A stretch of 64,000 nucleotides of DNA from Amoebidium appalachense (Eukaryota > Protista > Ichthyosporea). The stretch spans positions 2,790,001-2,854,000 of the forward strand of contig CAVNZM010000010.1 in assembly GCA_963693365.1 (NCBI GenBank). The letters are read 5' to 3'. This document shows, one piece after another, positions 17,523 through 41,274 of this stretch. Position 1 is the stretch's first letter, and the number at the start of each line of letters is the position of its first letter. A model generated the notes under the pieces. That model was given only the letters and a program-made list of their open reading frames with translations, was not told the origin of the DNA and did not search any database. The position numbers and the translations under genes are program-made.

Positions 17523-17669
17523 TCGTTGGGGGGGTGAGGGGGGCAGGGGGGGGGGCAGGGGGGGGCTGACATGTTCACACATGTGCATTGCAGGCGTCGG
17601 CGCAAGCGAGAGCAATCAGATAAGAGAAAGGGCCGCCAGGAAACCAGCCCCAGGCCCGATGACATTTAA
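13754..17669 (+). CDS. DEAD-box RNA helicase, multi-exon, likely an organellar RH22/DDX28-like type; 5' exons uncertain
   Basis: Exons encode [13 protein letters not shown] (~14881-14965), PTLEL and DEAD (15104-15402), GAT, LLVFV, LHAGM, VLVAT (15816-16230), DVAARGLD and [10 protein letters not shown] (16307-16432), FSRRRSL (~16528-16630). Last exon ends TAA at 17667-17669 overlapping AATAAA. The Arg-rich N-terminus [10 protein letters not shown] resembles a transit peptide. Confidence 0.88.
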
Positions 17670-17738
17670 TAAAGGCGCCATTAGACTACGTTACTTGGCC
17701 GTGCAGGGCCCATGCCATGCATGGTGGCGCATGGCCCG

Positions 17739-18920
17739 CTACTTGTTTGCCCTGCGTGCAGCCAGCTGGGCCCTGAGGGTCTTGTTTTCATCGCTGGCCT
17801 CCTCGAGCCTTTGCTCCGTGTCGGCCAGTGCAGCCTGCAGCTGTGCCACGGTCTGCTGGGCTGCTCTGAGCTCATCCTCCATGTCGTTGAAGGCCGCCAC
17901 CAGTGCCCCCTTGCGCTCACGCAGCGCCTCCCACGCTGCCCCTGCCTCCCACGGCCCATCCCGAGCTCCGGCACCCTTGGCCTTGCGGGCCCCCCGCTGC
18001 TTACTGTGGGCCCAACACGGTCAGCCCCAGGGCGTGTATGCCACATTACAAACACGTGCACCCACACAGACACAAACATAGCAGCAGCCAGATGGGTCCC
18101 AGGTGCCCTCCACACACGTGTGAAGATACACACCAACAAATACGCGGGTGGCAATCACCCCAACCAACACACAGGCACACACACGCCGCAGCAGGGCCCT
18201 CACACAGGCGAACACACTCAGAAGAAAGGCATCTACACACACATGCAACAGGCACAGGCACAGGCACACAGACACATAGGAACACAGGCACACACACAGC
18301 ACACGCAGGCAGGCACATAGCAGGCACGCAGGCGCACACACGCAACAAGCGCACACACGAAGCAGGCAGGCAGGCACACACATACAGCAGGCAGGCAGGC
18401 ACACACACGCAGCAGGCACGCAGGCACACACGTAGCAGGCACGCAGGCACACACACGCAGCAGGCCCACACACGCGCAGCAGGCCCATACACACGCAGCA
18501 GGCACACACCTGTGGCGTGGGTCATCATCCTGGTCGTCATACTCGCTGCCCTCAGGCCCCGGCCTGGCCTGGCCCAGCGCCTTGAGCATGGCCCTGCACA
18601 TAGGTCAGTGCCCGGCCACTGGCCCCAATGAGCTAAACCTCCAGCCTGGGGGGTGGGGGGAGGGTACACTGCCCCTTGTGTGGCCGGCCACACCAACACG
18701 TGTGCCCATGCTGCACAACCAGATGGGCTCATAGGTCCGTGTAAATGTGGCTGCATGGTGTTGCAAACCTGTCCTTCAGCAGCCCCTATGGTGGATCTAG
18801 TGATAGTTGCAGCAGGAGAGGTGGTGTGTGTATGTGTGTGTGTGTGTCCGTGTGTGTGTGTCCTTGTGTGTGTGTGGGTGTGAGCATATCTCTCTCGTAG
18901 TGTGTATGCGGTGTGTGTGT

Positions 18921-18976
<56 letters not shown>

Positions 18977-21700
18977 GAGCAGGGCACCGACTTATCACCC
19001 TGGGCCAGGTCCAGAGGAGTCAGGCCACTCTTGTTGGCTATCGTTGGGCTGGCACCAGCAGCCAACAGCTGCCGTACCATGCGCTGCAGGGGTGCAGTCA
19101 GCAGGGGGTAATGTGGCCAATTGCACGCCACCGGCCTTGATGCATGCATACAGCCACAACCGAAAAAACACCACCGCCCATGAACTCAAGACTTCCACCT
19201 CCCCCTTCACATTTTTACAGCAACCAATCATATCACGAACACACAGCCTCTCACAGCACCAACACACATGCCTGGCCACACCAAAAAACACACAGGCACG
19301 TTTTCATCCACGCAGACACATGCACACTTACATCACACACCCATACATGCAGATACCACCGTCCCATCAACAAGTCGGAGCGAACATCACGTCCCCATGC
19401 CACCATGGACGAGCGTGCCACCGAACAGCCCTCCACCCCACTGCCGGGGTATCCCCCGGCCCCCCTCCCCCCCTTCCCCTCTCCTCCTCCTCCCCCCCTC
19501 CCCCCCCCCCCCCCCCCCACCGCCCCCTCCAACACACACACACACCCGTGCCCCCACCCACCACATTGCGGTGCTCCACGCAGTATGCCAGTGCCGTCTT
19601 GCCCTCGTGGTCCTGTGCCCCTGTCAGCATTCTCCCCCCCTTCCTCCCCCCCCCCCCTCTATCCCCCATCGCCTTACCTGTGCGTCCACTTGCAGGCCCC
19701 TGTCCCTCTCTTTGAGCAGGGCATTGAGATAGTGCTCGGCTGCTGCTCTCTTGCTGCGTGCAAACGGGTCTGTCTCAGGCACCTGCATGGCCCTGTCAGG
19801 CCCCCCTTCCTCTCCCCCGCCGGCCATGCCCGGCAAGCAGGGGCACATACGGCCAAGTTTGCAGCAGCCAGGTGCAGCACGGTCTGGCCGGCACTGTTTG
19901 TAAGGGCCAGGGTGGGCCGTAGCAGGTCCAGCACCTTTGCAAATGTGCGGTGCTCGTGGCAGAACTGCCACATGGCCGCCCGGTGCAGCGGTGTGTCCCC
20001 CCGAAAGTTGCGCAATTCCATATCCTCCCCTGCCCCCAAGATTAGATGCCGCCCCTGCCAACCCATCCCCCCCTCCCCCCCCCCCCCCCCCCCCCGGCCC
20101 TACCCACCCTCTCTCAGCAGCATCTCCAGCAGCGGCACCTTGCCCAAGGCTGCTGCCCAGTGGATGGCCCCGTGGCCCTGTGCACCCCGTCAGCCCCCCC
20201 CCCTCCCTTCTTCCTCCACCCCAGCGGCAGGCAAGTGCTACCTCTCCGTCCACGGCCAGGCCGTGTGTCTTTGGGCCGTATCTGTCGTGGTACAGAAGGG
20301 CACGTGTGCGCACCACATCCCCCGTCTGGATGCTGTTGACCACCGCCACCTGCCGCTGCACGTGCTCGTCGTCCCCCCCTGCCCCCCCCCCCCCCCCTCA
20401 GGCCCCGCCCACCCAACACCCCTGTCCCCCACCCACTCTTGCTCGTACCTGTGCCTCCTGGTGGCCGCTCTTCCTTAACTGGCGCCGTGACTGTCGGCCT
20501 ATGTGCCCAGGCGTCAGAACACCTGCCCCCTCTAACTCTCATGCTCTACAACCCCTCCCCCCTTCCCCCTTCCACCCCTTCTCCCCCTCCCCCCCCCTCC
20601 CTCCCCCTCCCCCCAGTGGGCCCCCACACACAAAGACACATGCACACACACTTTTTGTCTGCGGCTGGCTGTTGTGGGGTGTCTGTGCGCTGGCGCTTTG
20701 TGTCGTTGTTTGGCTCTGCTGGTGGCCGTTTCTGCTGGCCTGTGTTGGCTGCCGTGGGTGGTGTGCCTGCGCCGGGTGGGCCGGCTGCTGGCACCGTTTG
20801 TCGGGGTGGGGCCGGTGGCTCTGCCTTTATTTCCAGGCTGGGTGGTGGCCAGCCCCCAGTGTCTCGCAGGCCGCCGGCTGAAAGGGGCGGTCGAGCCGGT
20901 AGTGACGGGGGGGTTGGCAGCACAGGTGGAGGCGGTGGTGGGGGAGGTGGTGGCCTGCTGGCAGCCTGTGTGCTTGGCGGCTCGCTGGGCTTTGGTGTGG
21001 CTGCAGGGGGGGGTGGGGGCTTAGGGGGGCTGGTGGCCAGCTGGGGAGACGCCACAGGGCCAGCCGAGGCTGGGCCCGGCGTTGTGTCCTTGGGGCCCAC
21101 AGGCAGGGCCAGGCCGGCAAGGTCCACCTGCAGGGGTGGGGGCAGGGGCGGGGGCGGAGGGGGGGGTGGCGGGGGTGGCCTGGGCGGGTCTGCTGGGCGG
21201 GGGCTGGTGGCGGGGGGGGCAGCAGGCGGGCGGGGAGGCAGGTCTGTAGAGGGCTGGCGAGGGGAGGCCACGGCGTTGCCGGGCAGGAAGGGCGACAGGG
21301 GCTTGGGGCTGCTGCTGGCTGGCGGGGTGGCCCGTGCGTCCCCGGCCGTCTGTGGGCTGCCAAACCCCTGCGGCCTCTGCAGACCCTCTGCCGTGGGGGG
21401 GCGCGCCCAGCCGGCTGGCTGGGGCCGGGGCAGGTCGGGGCGGGGCCGGGCTGCAGCCGGGCCAGCCGACGGCCACCTGGACGGCTGCTGCGTCCACGAC
21501 GGCTTGGGCCCGGCACCAGCCAGGCCCGGCCCTGCCTGCGCGGCCCCTGGCGCCCGGGGACGAGCCCCGGCAGTGGCCGGACGCGAGGGCCAGCTGCGGC
21601 CGTCCGCAAAGACCGGGGGCTGGTCGAAGGTGCCCGGCACGGCCTTTGTGGTGGGGCCCAGGTTCACATCAACCTCCATGTCCCCAAACGGGTTGGCCAT
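17739..21700 (-). CDS. Multi-exon ankyrin-repeat protein: Pro-rich N-terminus, Mbp1/Swi4/Swi6/Cdc10-like ankyrin block, C-terminal coiled coil
   Basis: Long Pro-rich first exon (21700 to ~20652). Short exons then encode GHGAIHWAAALGKVPLLEMLL, RNFRGDTPLHRA, RTFAKVLDLL, GQTVLHLAA, AAEHYLNALL, AQDHEGKTAL and LLAAGASPTIANKSGLTPLD. Final coiled-coil exon ends TAG at 17739-17741. Confidence 0.8.
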
Positions 21701-22098
21701 GTTGCCGCCCAGCCCTCACGGCCACAGCCACGGCTTGGCCTGGTGGCACCGCTGTGGGCCGGCCAGGCCCTTCACTCTGGCCCGCAGTGCGCTGCCTGGC
21801 CGCCCAGCGTGCTGCTACAAACTATTTAGTGTGTGTGTGCCTGTGTGTGTGTGCAGACAGAGAGGCGGGTGCAAGGGCACACGGCACTCTACGCTTAGTT
21901 TCTGTACTTGCTAGGCTACGCGGTGCTACTTCGTTCATAGGCAGCGGTGCTGGCAACTAAGGCACGTATACGCACACACTAACACTAGAGAACACAACCG
22001 CTGAACTAACTGTTCGTGTGCAAACCGTACACCGGAGCTCAAGCATTCAACCCTGCGATCTAGATCTGGGCGGCATCTTGTCCTGAGCCACCTTATCA

Positions 22099-22160
22099 GT
22101 CTGAGTCAAGGCCTCCTAAATAGCACACCGGTGTGCTATTTAGGAGGCCTTGGTCTGAGT
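22099..22160. mobile_element. 46-bp perfect palindrome (22107-22152) with 8-bp target-site duplication GTCTGAGT; minimal hAT-type MITE
   Basis: caaggcctcctaaatagcacacc|ggtgtgctatttaggaggccttg is flanked by gtctgagt at 22099-22106 and 22153-22160. Confidence 0.8.
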
Positions 22161-23456
22161 GCATCATCCTGCGCCCATTTCATTTGGCCCCTGAGGCTAT
22201 GTAATGTTCACACATACCGGCGTGTCTTGTGGGTGTTTGCCGTGTAGCGTGCCCAGGGCTGCAGCGCAAGCCAACGTTCCCTGACCTACACCAAGACGTG
22301 GCCGTGCAGGGGTGGATCCCACCACCCGGATCTTTGTTCCCCAGTCGATTGCCCTGAGGGCCCCTTTCCCCCCTGCCACCAAGTCTAACTCCACCTGCCA
22401 CGGCCAGGCCGCCCTCTCTCCGCGCAGAGCACGATAGCTGCAGCCACACACCCCCACTTGGTGCTGTCAAGCCCTTTGAAGCCTCGTCCTTGTGTGGTTC
22501 TGGGCAGAGAGCTCTGGCATACCCAGCTGCCACATACCCATACAAGAGCTCTTGGCTTCTCCAAACATGCCTTGAGGCGGTCGAAGAGAAGCCAAGGGGA
22601 AGGAACACGCTCGTTCTTTTTATACCTGGTCGACCCCCTCCCTCCCCCCCCCCCCCCCCTCCCCCCCTCCCCCCCCCCCCCTCCCCCTCCCCTCCCCCCC
22701 CCCTCCCCCCCTTCCCCCCCCTCCCCCCCCCCCCCCCCCCCCCCTCCCTTCCGTCCCCGCCAACCCCTTAAAAACCAACACACCCTCCCTACCGGTCAAC
22801 TAAGAAGTCACGTAATCAATTAGTCAGGGAGAATATTTTGGGCATCATACAATGTTCTATGGCTAAATTCAGTCACGTTTCTCCCCCAAATCTTGTGATC
22901 GAGTTTTTTGTTTGTTTGTTTGTTTGTTTGTTTGCCTTTGGGTGGGGCAGGGGGTGAGGAGGGGAAGTTGAGGGGCAGGGGTGAGGTGGGGGTGGAGTGG
23001 GGGGGGGAAGGGGGGGGAGAGGGGGGTGAGGGGACAGGGGAAGGACGGGTGAGCTGGGGGAGAGAAAGAGGGAGGGAAGGCGTTGGGGAAGGTGGGTTTA
23101 TGAGGGAGGAGAGGGCCAGCCGAGAGGGGAGGGGGGGGAGGGAGGGGGGGTGTCCAGCAGGCATCTTCCCCCCTATTGTTCGTGTCGACCCTCCCTGCGG
23201 ATGGGCAAGAAAAGAGTGAGCAGCAGGGCCACGTCCCCTGCCTGTAGTGTGTTGTGGTGCTGGGTGTGGACTTCTTGTTTATTGTTTGGCGTGGGAGGGG
23301 TAGGTGTGGCAGGGTGGTTGTTGACTGGTTTGGGGGTATAGGTGTGTGGCACGGTGATGTTGGACTCCCCCCAGACCTGCCTGGCCCCTGAGACCCTGCC
23401 TGCACGTGACCCCCTGGCCCACCACTGAGCACCGGGCTGGTGGCAGGCCAGCAAAC

Positions 23457-34575
<11,119 letters not shown>

Positions 34576-34877
34576 GCACCCCAAAGGACACAAACACACA
34601 CACCCAAGCGTCTCTCTCTCTCATCCCCTCCTTCCCTCCCTCCCCCCCGCTCTCTCTCTCTCTCGTCTGTTTAGCCCCCTCCCCTCCCCCCCCCCCCCCC
34701 CCCCCCCCCTCCCCTCCCCTCCCCTCCCCTCCCTTCCCTTCGCTCCCATTCTCTCAAGGCCAGCATGCTCTATCCCGCACTAGGCCCATTTGGAGCAGTC
34801 ACATTGCGGTTGCCCCCCAATCTGGAGGGAGTGTTTACTGGGTGGGTGCAGGGGTGAGGGCCAGCCCCTCCTGTCGG

Positions 34878-36157
34878 CTATTGGCAGGCCAGCTGGTCGC
34901 TGAATGCGGCTATGCACTGCCGCAGTGCCGGCGTCAAAGTGGCCTCAAGGTGCCGCCGAACAGCCGCCTCGGCACCCCCGGCCCCACTCATGCTGTAGCG
35001 CACCTGCACATGCCGTCAGCATACCACAGTTGCATGGCATGTGCTGCATGCTCAAAGCACAATCAACGACACAAAACACTGCCAAAGTGTGCAAGAAACT
35101 AAAGCCCAGCTGTGTGCACTTATGTGCTCCCACTGCCACTACATGAAGACAGCAAGGGACCACACGGCCATGCCAGCATCACAGCATGTCGTATAGCAAA
35201 CCCTTTCGTTCTGCTTCCATTCAAATTTATACGTGACTTCTCCCTGCCCATACCACTCATGCAATCACACATACATATGTGTTTGTTATTAGGCATTAGT
35301 GTTATCCCCCCCCCCCCCCCCCCCCCTGCCTCCCCCGCCCCGGAGACACACACACACACACCCTTTCTGCTTCTAACACAAATACCTTCCCTGCCCCTGC
35401 CTATACCAAACACACCTACGACACTCGTTCCTAGGTACGTGTGCTATGGGCAAGAGAGGGGATCCCCCAGTCCATATTACATCTACCTCCCCTTCCCTGA
35501 GTACAACACACATACCCCCCCCCCCCCCCCCCCCCGGGTGCCCATAACACACATGCCCCCCCCTCCCCCTTCAACCCCCCCCCCCCCCCCCCCAATATCA
35601 TGTACACTCTTTGAGTGTTCTTTGCAAATCTGCATGGTATCTGCATGGTATCTGCATGGTATCTGCATTGTCCGTCGTGAATGTGTATTTCGGACTTTGT
35701 AGCCCACTGTCCTCCCCCCCCCCCCCCCCTCCCTCAAAAAAAAACAACAACAAAAGTCACACACACACACAACTTCACCCTCTCTCTCCCCCCCCCCCCC
35801 CCCCCCCCCCCAGCTCCAAATATCCCACCCCACCCTTCTCTTCCCCTGCAACATAACACAGACCTATAACACACGTGTTGCCCGTCGTGAATGTATACTT
35901 TGCATTCGGTGACACACTCTACGCCTCCCCCCCCCCTCCCCCCCCCCCTCCCTGCCCCCACGCGCCCCATAACACACATACCTTCCCCCTCCCCCCCCCC
36001 CACCCCCGCCCCCCCAAAAAGACCTATAACACGCACACCTCCCGCCCCCTTTTCCCTCCCCCCCCCCCCCCCCCCCCCCACGCCCCCATAACAGGGACCC
36101 CCCTCCCCCTCCCCCCCCCCCCCCCCACGCCCCCATAACAGGGACCCCCCTCCCCCC

Positions 36158-36192
<35 letters not shown>

Positions 36193-36636
36193 AGCCCTCA
36201 TAACCCGGGCCTCCCCCCCCCCCCCCCCACCTCGTACTGGTGGCCGTCCACGTCCTCGCACACATACGGCAGCTCGGCTGTGCCCTTTATCGTCTTCCCC
36301 TCCACCTCGGCTGCAGCACACAACCCCTCAGCCTCTGCCATCCCTCCCCATCCAAAGCAACCCATGTCCCTTTTCCAGTGCTGCTGCCCCCCCCCCCCCC
36401 CCCCCCTCTCCCCCTCCTCTTCTTCCCCCACCCCCCCCCCCCCCCTCTCCCCCTCCCCTCCCCGGGGCCGGCCCGCCCCACCCGCCCACCCACCCGCCCG
36501 CCCGCCCGCCCCAGGCTGTTTGCGGCGCAAGCGAGAACGTATGCACGTGACTGCCATGGAACTCTCACAGAGGCATGCACATGCACTCAGGCATGTGGTA
36601 CACCACAGCCAATCCTCCCCTCCCCCCTTCCCCCGC

Positions 36637-36674
<38 letters not shown>

Positions 36675-37348
36675 ACCCACCACCACCACCACCACCACCA
36701 CCACCACCACCACCACCATTACCACCACAACCATCACACACACGCACACACGCACGCACGTACACCGATGCACACCTGCGCACACGTGACACCCCTATGC
36801 ACACAACGAACGCAACCAGTAACCACAGAGCATATCCATGCAACATGCACACACGCACGCACGCGCGCGCGCGTGCACACACACACACACACACACACAG
36901 CAGCAGACATACACACACACATACACACACACACATACACACAAGCACACACACACACACACACACACATGCACGCACACACACCTTGGATCTTTAGCTT
37001 TATTTCAAACTCGTAGCCCATCTTTTTCTTGCCGCGTGGGAAAGTGATTAACGCCTGCACAGCCAGGTCAGTATGTGCCCCAGCAGGCCCCGCATCCCCC
37101 CCCCTCCCCTTGCACGCACCTCGCCCGCGCAGCGGTCCACCCCCGTCACGGTCACTGCCCCCCCGTCGACCTGCAGGGCCGCCAGCTGCGCCCGCAGGTA
37201 GCCCTCGGCCCACTTGCTGACGTCACGCTCCTCCCACGTGCCCGCACTGTTCCACGCTGAGTGCGACTTGCCTGCCTCCCCTTCCCCGTCAGCCCCCCGC
37301 AAGGCCTTCCAAGCCACCCAGGCCCACCCAGGCACACACACCCTCCAT
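34878..37348 (-). CDS. Stand-alone Aha1 N-terminal domain protein (Hsp90 ATPase activator family), ~5 exons
   Basis: ATG GAG G|gt at 37348. Exon 2 reads KSHSAWNSAGTWEERDVSKWAEGYL. Later exons encode ALITFPRGKKKMGYEFEIKL, IKGTAELPYVCED and VRYSM...FSDQLACQ* (35003-34878). Confidence 0.82.
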
Positions 37349-37649
37349 GTTTGCCCACCCACTGCTACGGCAGATAGCACGTGCTGGTTTGGGTGGCTAG
37401 CGGCACGTTGGCGGGGCTGTGGCACGCAAACTCTACTAGTAGTTGGTTGCGCTATGATGGAGGCCTCACGTAGCCCTTGACCACTTTATACACGGCACTA
37501 ATATAGCCTAATAATAAAAAAATAGTAGTAATAAGTGAGCTATCGTGCTGGATACACAGACGTCGACAGTCAGACTGAGGGGGGTGGGTGCACGATCATT
37601 CGTGAATAGGCCGAATAGATCCAGAGGGCGGCTCACAAAATTCGAAGGA

Positions 37650-37846
37650 AGTCGACGCAGGGGTGGGGCGGGTAGACCAACCCGCCGGGTCTTACCTGTT
37701 GAGGCTAAGACCCGAGCCGACCCGGGCTTACCCGTGAACCTTCCAGGCCCCGGGTAGCCTAGGGGGGGAGGAGGGCGGGGAGGAGCCCACTGGGATGACG
37801 AAGAGGCCCAAGGGAGGTCTTTGGTGGTGGTGGTTGGTGGGGGGGT

Positions 37847-37880
<34 letters not shown>

Positions 37881-37945
37881 ATTACAAAAAAAATTACAAA
37901 GAAGGTCTCTTTCCAGCTTGGCCCTCTCTATATAGTAGGCGCTAG

Positions 37946-37987
<42 letters not shown>

Positions 37988-38117
37988 AAAAAAATAACAG
38001 TATTGGGGCCCGGGGGGGGAGGGCTAGACCCGACCCGTTTCTACCCGTCAAGGCTCAGACCCGACCCGACCTGACCCGATCCCATTTTTCCCTACCCGCC
38101 CCACCCCTGAATCGACG
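37650..38117. mobile_element. hAT-type MITE (37658-38109)
   Basis: 18-bp TIRs CAGGGGTGGGGCGGGTAG / CTACCCGCCCCACCCCTG. 8-bp TSD agtcgacg / aatcgacg (1 mismatch). Subterminal GACCC repeats. Confidence 0.85.
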
Positions 38118-38218
38118 TCAGTTCATGACACTGAGACAGTCAGGCAGTAGAAAGTACTACTAGAAACTTAGCGGATAGCGGATGGAGTACACCCGCGGCG
38201 TGACCGCCCAAGCTATAT

Positions 38219-38266
<48 letters not shown>

Positions 38267-38406
38267 AACAACCCTCCCTAGACGTGCACATCAGGCCTAG
38301 TTATTCTGCTGCGACACCCTCATATAGCAGGTGTAAAAGTAAACCCAGTATTTGAAGCTTAACTTGTCTTAGTAAACCTGAAACTTCGTGCGTGTTAAGC
38401 TCTGCA

Positions 38407-38665
<259 letters not shown>

Positions 38666-38935
38666 CTGCCCCCCCCCCCCTCCTTCCCCCCCCCTTCTGG
38701 TATCTCTACCCTCGGGCACTCGTGGCGCTATCAGTGGCTCCCTCACATTTTGCAGGCTACCCCTCCGCGCCGACTTGCCCCGAACCTGCACGTTCTCCCT
38801 CAACCCCTTTCCCAACGCAAGTGCACACCCCAGCACCACTTTTATGTATAGGCCACTCCAGAGAACACCAGCAAGAACATACACGCCTAGACACATACAC
38901 CCGCGCACACACGCACACTGACACACACACACAAA

Positions 38936-38972
<37 letters not shown>

Positions 38973-39686
38973 TGACACACATACAGACACATGTGCAGGT
39001 GTGCGCACGCAAGCACAACACATTTATCTAAGTCTCACCCCTCTCCCTTCCCCTTGTGGCACCGCAGAGTCTAATTCTACATTTCATACTGTCTCCCCCC
39101 CCCCCCCCCCTCCCCCCCCCCCTTTCCTCTACATCGAAATATATAAATACGCAAAGGGCTTCTGCCTGAACTTATCACATTCCAAAGTCCTCCTATGATC
39201 TATCCTACACACTAATTAGATTTCTATTGGTTGGCTGCCCCGGCTGACGTGGTCCTGCCCTGCGCCGGCAGAGGCAAGATGCACGCAGCCGTACAGCTAT
39301 CTTGAGGCCCCGGACTTGATCTTGATGATCTGTGGACCCGGGCCACCCCCCCCCCACCCCCCCAGATCTCGATCGTAGACTTAGGCTGATCTGCTGAGAC
39401 GAATTAGTATATGTCAACTTCCCCCCCCCCCCGGCACCCGGAAAAGCTGAGTCCCACCTCAGTCATATTACATCTAACACCCCCTAAAAGACATAGACTA
39501 ATCAGTCTCCCAAAAAAAAAAATTAAATAAATTATGAAGAACATAATAAATTAATCTACACCGTAAGCTTGATACCTACGGAGACACCAATGATAATAAA
39601 TTAAATTCCTACGACTCCGTTCACACTCCTCCTCGGTCTCCCCCCCCCTCCCCCTCCCCCCGTGTGTCTACGTGTATTTGCATCAC

Positions 39687-39726
<40 letters not shown>

Positions 39727-39747
39727 CCCCCTCCCTCACCGACTTTT

Positions 39748-41166
39748 TCACACCACGATTAAACTGAGGAATAACTCTCTTCGGCCTAGAGGGAGCACTA
39801 GCCTAGGCAACTCCCTCTGCACTAACCTAGCCTCATAAGCACGAATAGGAAACGGGCAATCCAAATGAAACTCAGGCAACCACTGATCTTCCTGATAACC
39901 TCCCTCACAACGAATTAAATAATAATTCACCTTACCTTCCTTACCTTCGATAACCTTTTTATCCATAATTTTATCTACTGCAGCCTCCGATACATCCACC
40001 GACCCGTCATAGTCGGGGGTGAATGCATCTAACACTCGACGGCCCTCCGGCCGTTTTACCCTAAGGGCCCTATCATAATATTCCTTTATATCATCTACAT
40101 TATAATATCTAACATCACTCTCATTATCTAACCTCTGCACCTTATATTCCGTCGGACCTAACCTAGCCACTATTTTATACGGACCAATGAAAAGAGGCAA
40201 CCATTTCTTACCATACTTACGAAGACCTTCGCCTTCACCCTTACCTTCCTGCTCCTGCTTATATCTCTTTTTCCTAGTATGATCCCTAAGTAAAACTAAA
40301 GTACCCTCGGCCAATTCACGTAACGGACGTGTGGACACGTCTGCACGTGCCTGTGCCTGCTGTGTACGGGCCAGAGCTGCATCACGTGCAGCCCGGGCCC
40401 GGGTTAGTAGCTGCTCCCGGAACTCAGTCCAGTGGGGATAAGTTAGTCTGTCAGTCCCCCCCATCGGCAAAAGTGCCGTATCTAACAAACTAATAGCCTC
40501 CTGCCCATAGACCAAATAAAACGGAGAAAAACCAGTCACAGCATGAGGGGTAGAATTATATGAATGAGCAATCAACCTATGGTGCACAGCCCTTATAGAC
40601 CTATATAGGTTTTTCGTGAATAACTTTTGAACGGATCGAGCTTTTCAAAAAGTTCCGCCGGCAACTTTCATGGGCTCGATGAGACCGAGCGATTTATGCA
40701 ATAAAAAAATTTCGGGTCAGTTTGCCCAATTTCGACTCCGACCCGGTCGACCCGACCCGGTCCGACCCGACCCGAAAAGATGTGTTTGCGCAAACAATCG
40801 GGCCTTGTTTGCGCAAACAGGCACATGAGGCAGCCACAACGAAGAAAATACTTGCGCTTTTGCCTCAAACGGCACTCCTGTTCAAGCACCGAGTGGCACG
40901 GTGCTTTACAGTTACGTAAATGCGTCCTAGGAAAATTAGAAGAACAGACTCTAGCGGTCGTTTCATTAGCACAAGGAGGGTCGTGGATCGAGATCTAGAA
41001 GATCCAAGCTATAGCCCCCCCCCCGTGTGAGTTGGAGGATCACTCGGACACAATTGGAACATCAGAAACCGCGTTAACAGAAAACGACAAAGACGCTGGT
41101 GACTGAGTGCGCGCGCGCACACACACACACACACATACACATACACACCATAAACCGACACAAACA

Positions 41167-41198
<32 letters not shown>

Positions 41199-41208
41199 GC
41201 CTCACACA

Positions 41209-41274
<66 letters not shown>

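Noticed and set aside
20439-21914. 491-aa Gly-rich plus-strand ORF
   Set aside because: Shadow of the Pro-rich first exon of the ankyrin gene.
22180-22612. Short minus-strand coding-like stretch
   Set aside because: No recognisable motif or consistent gene model.
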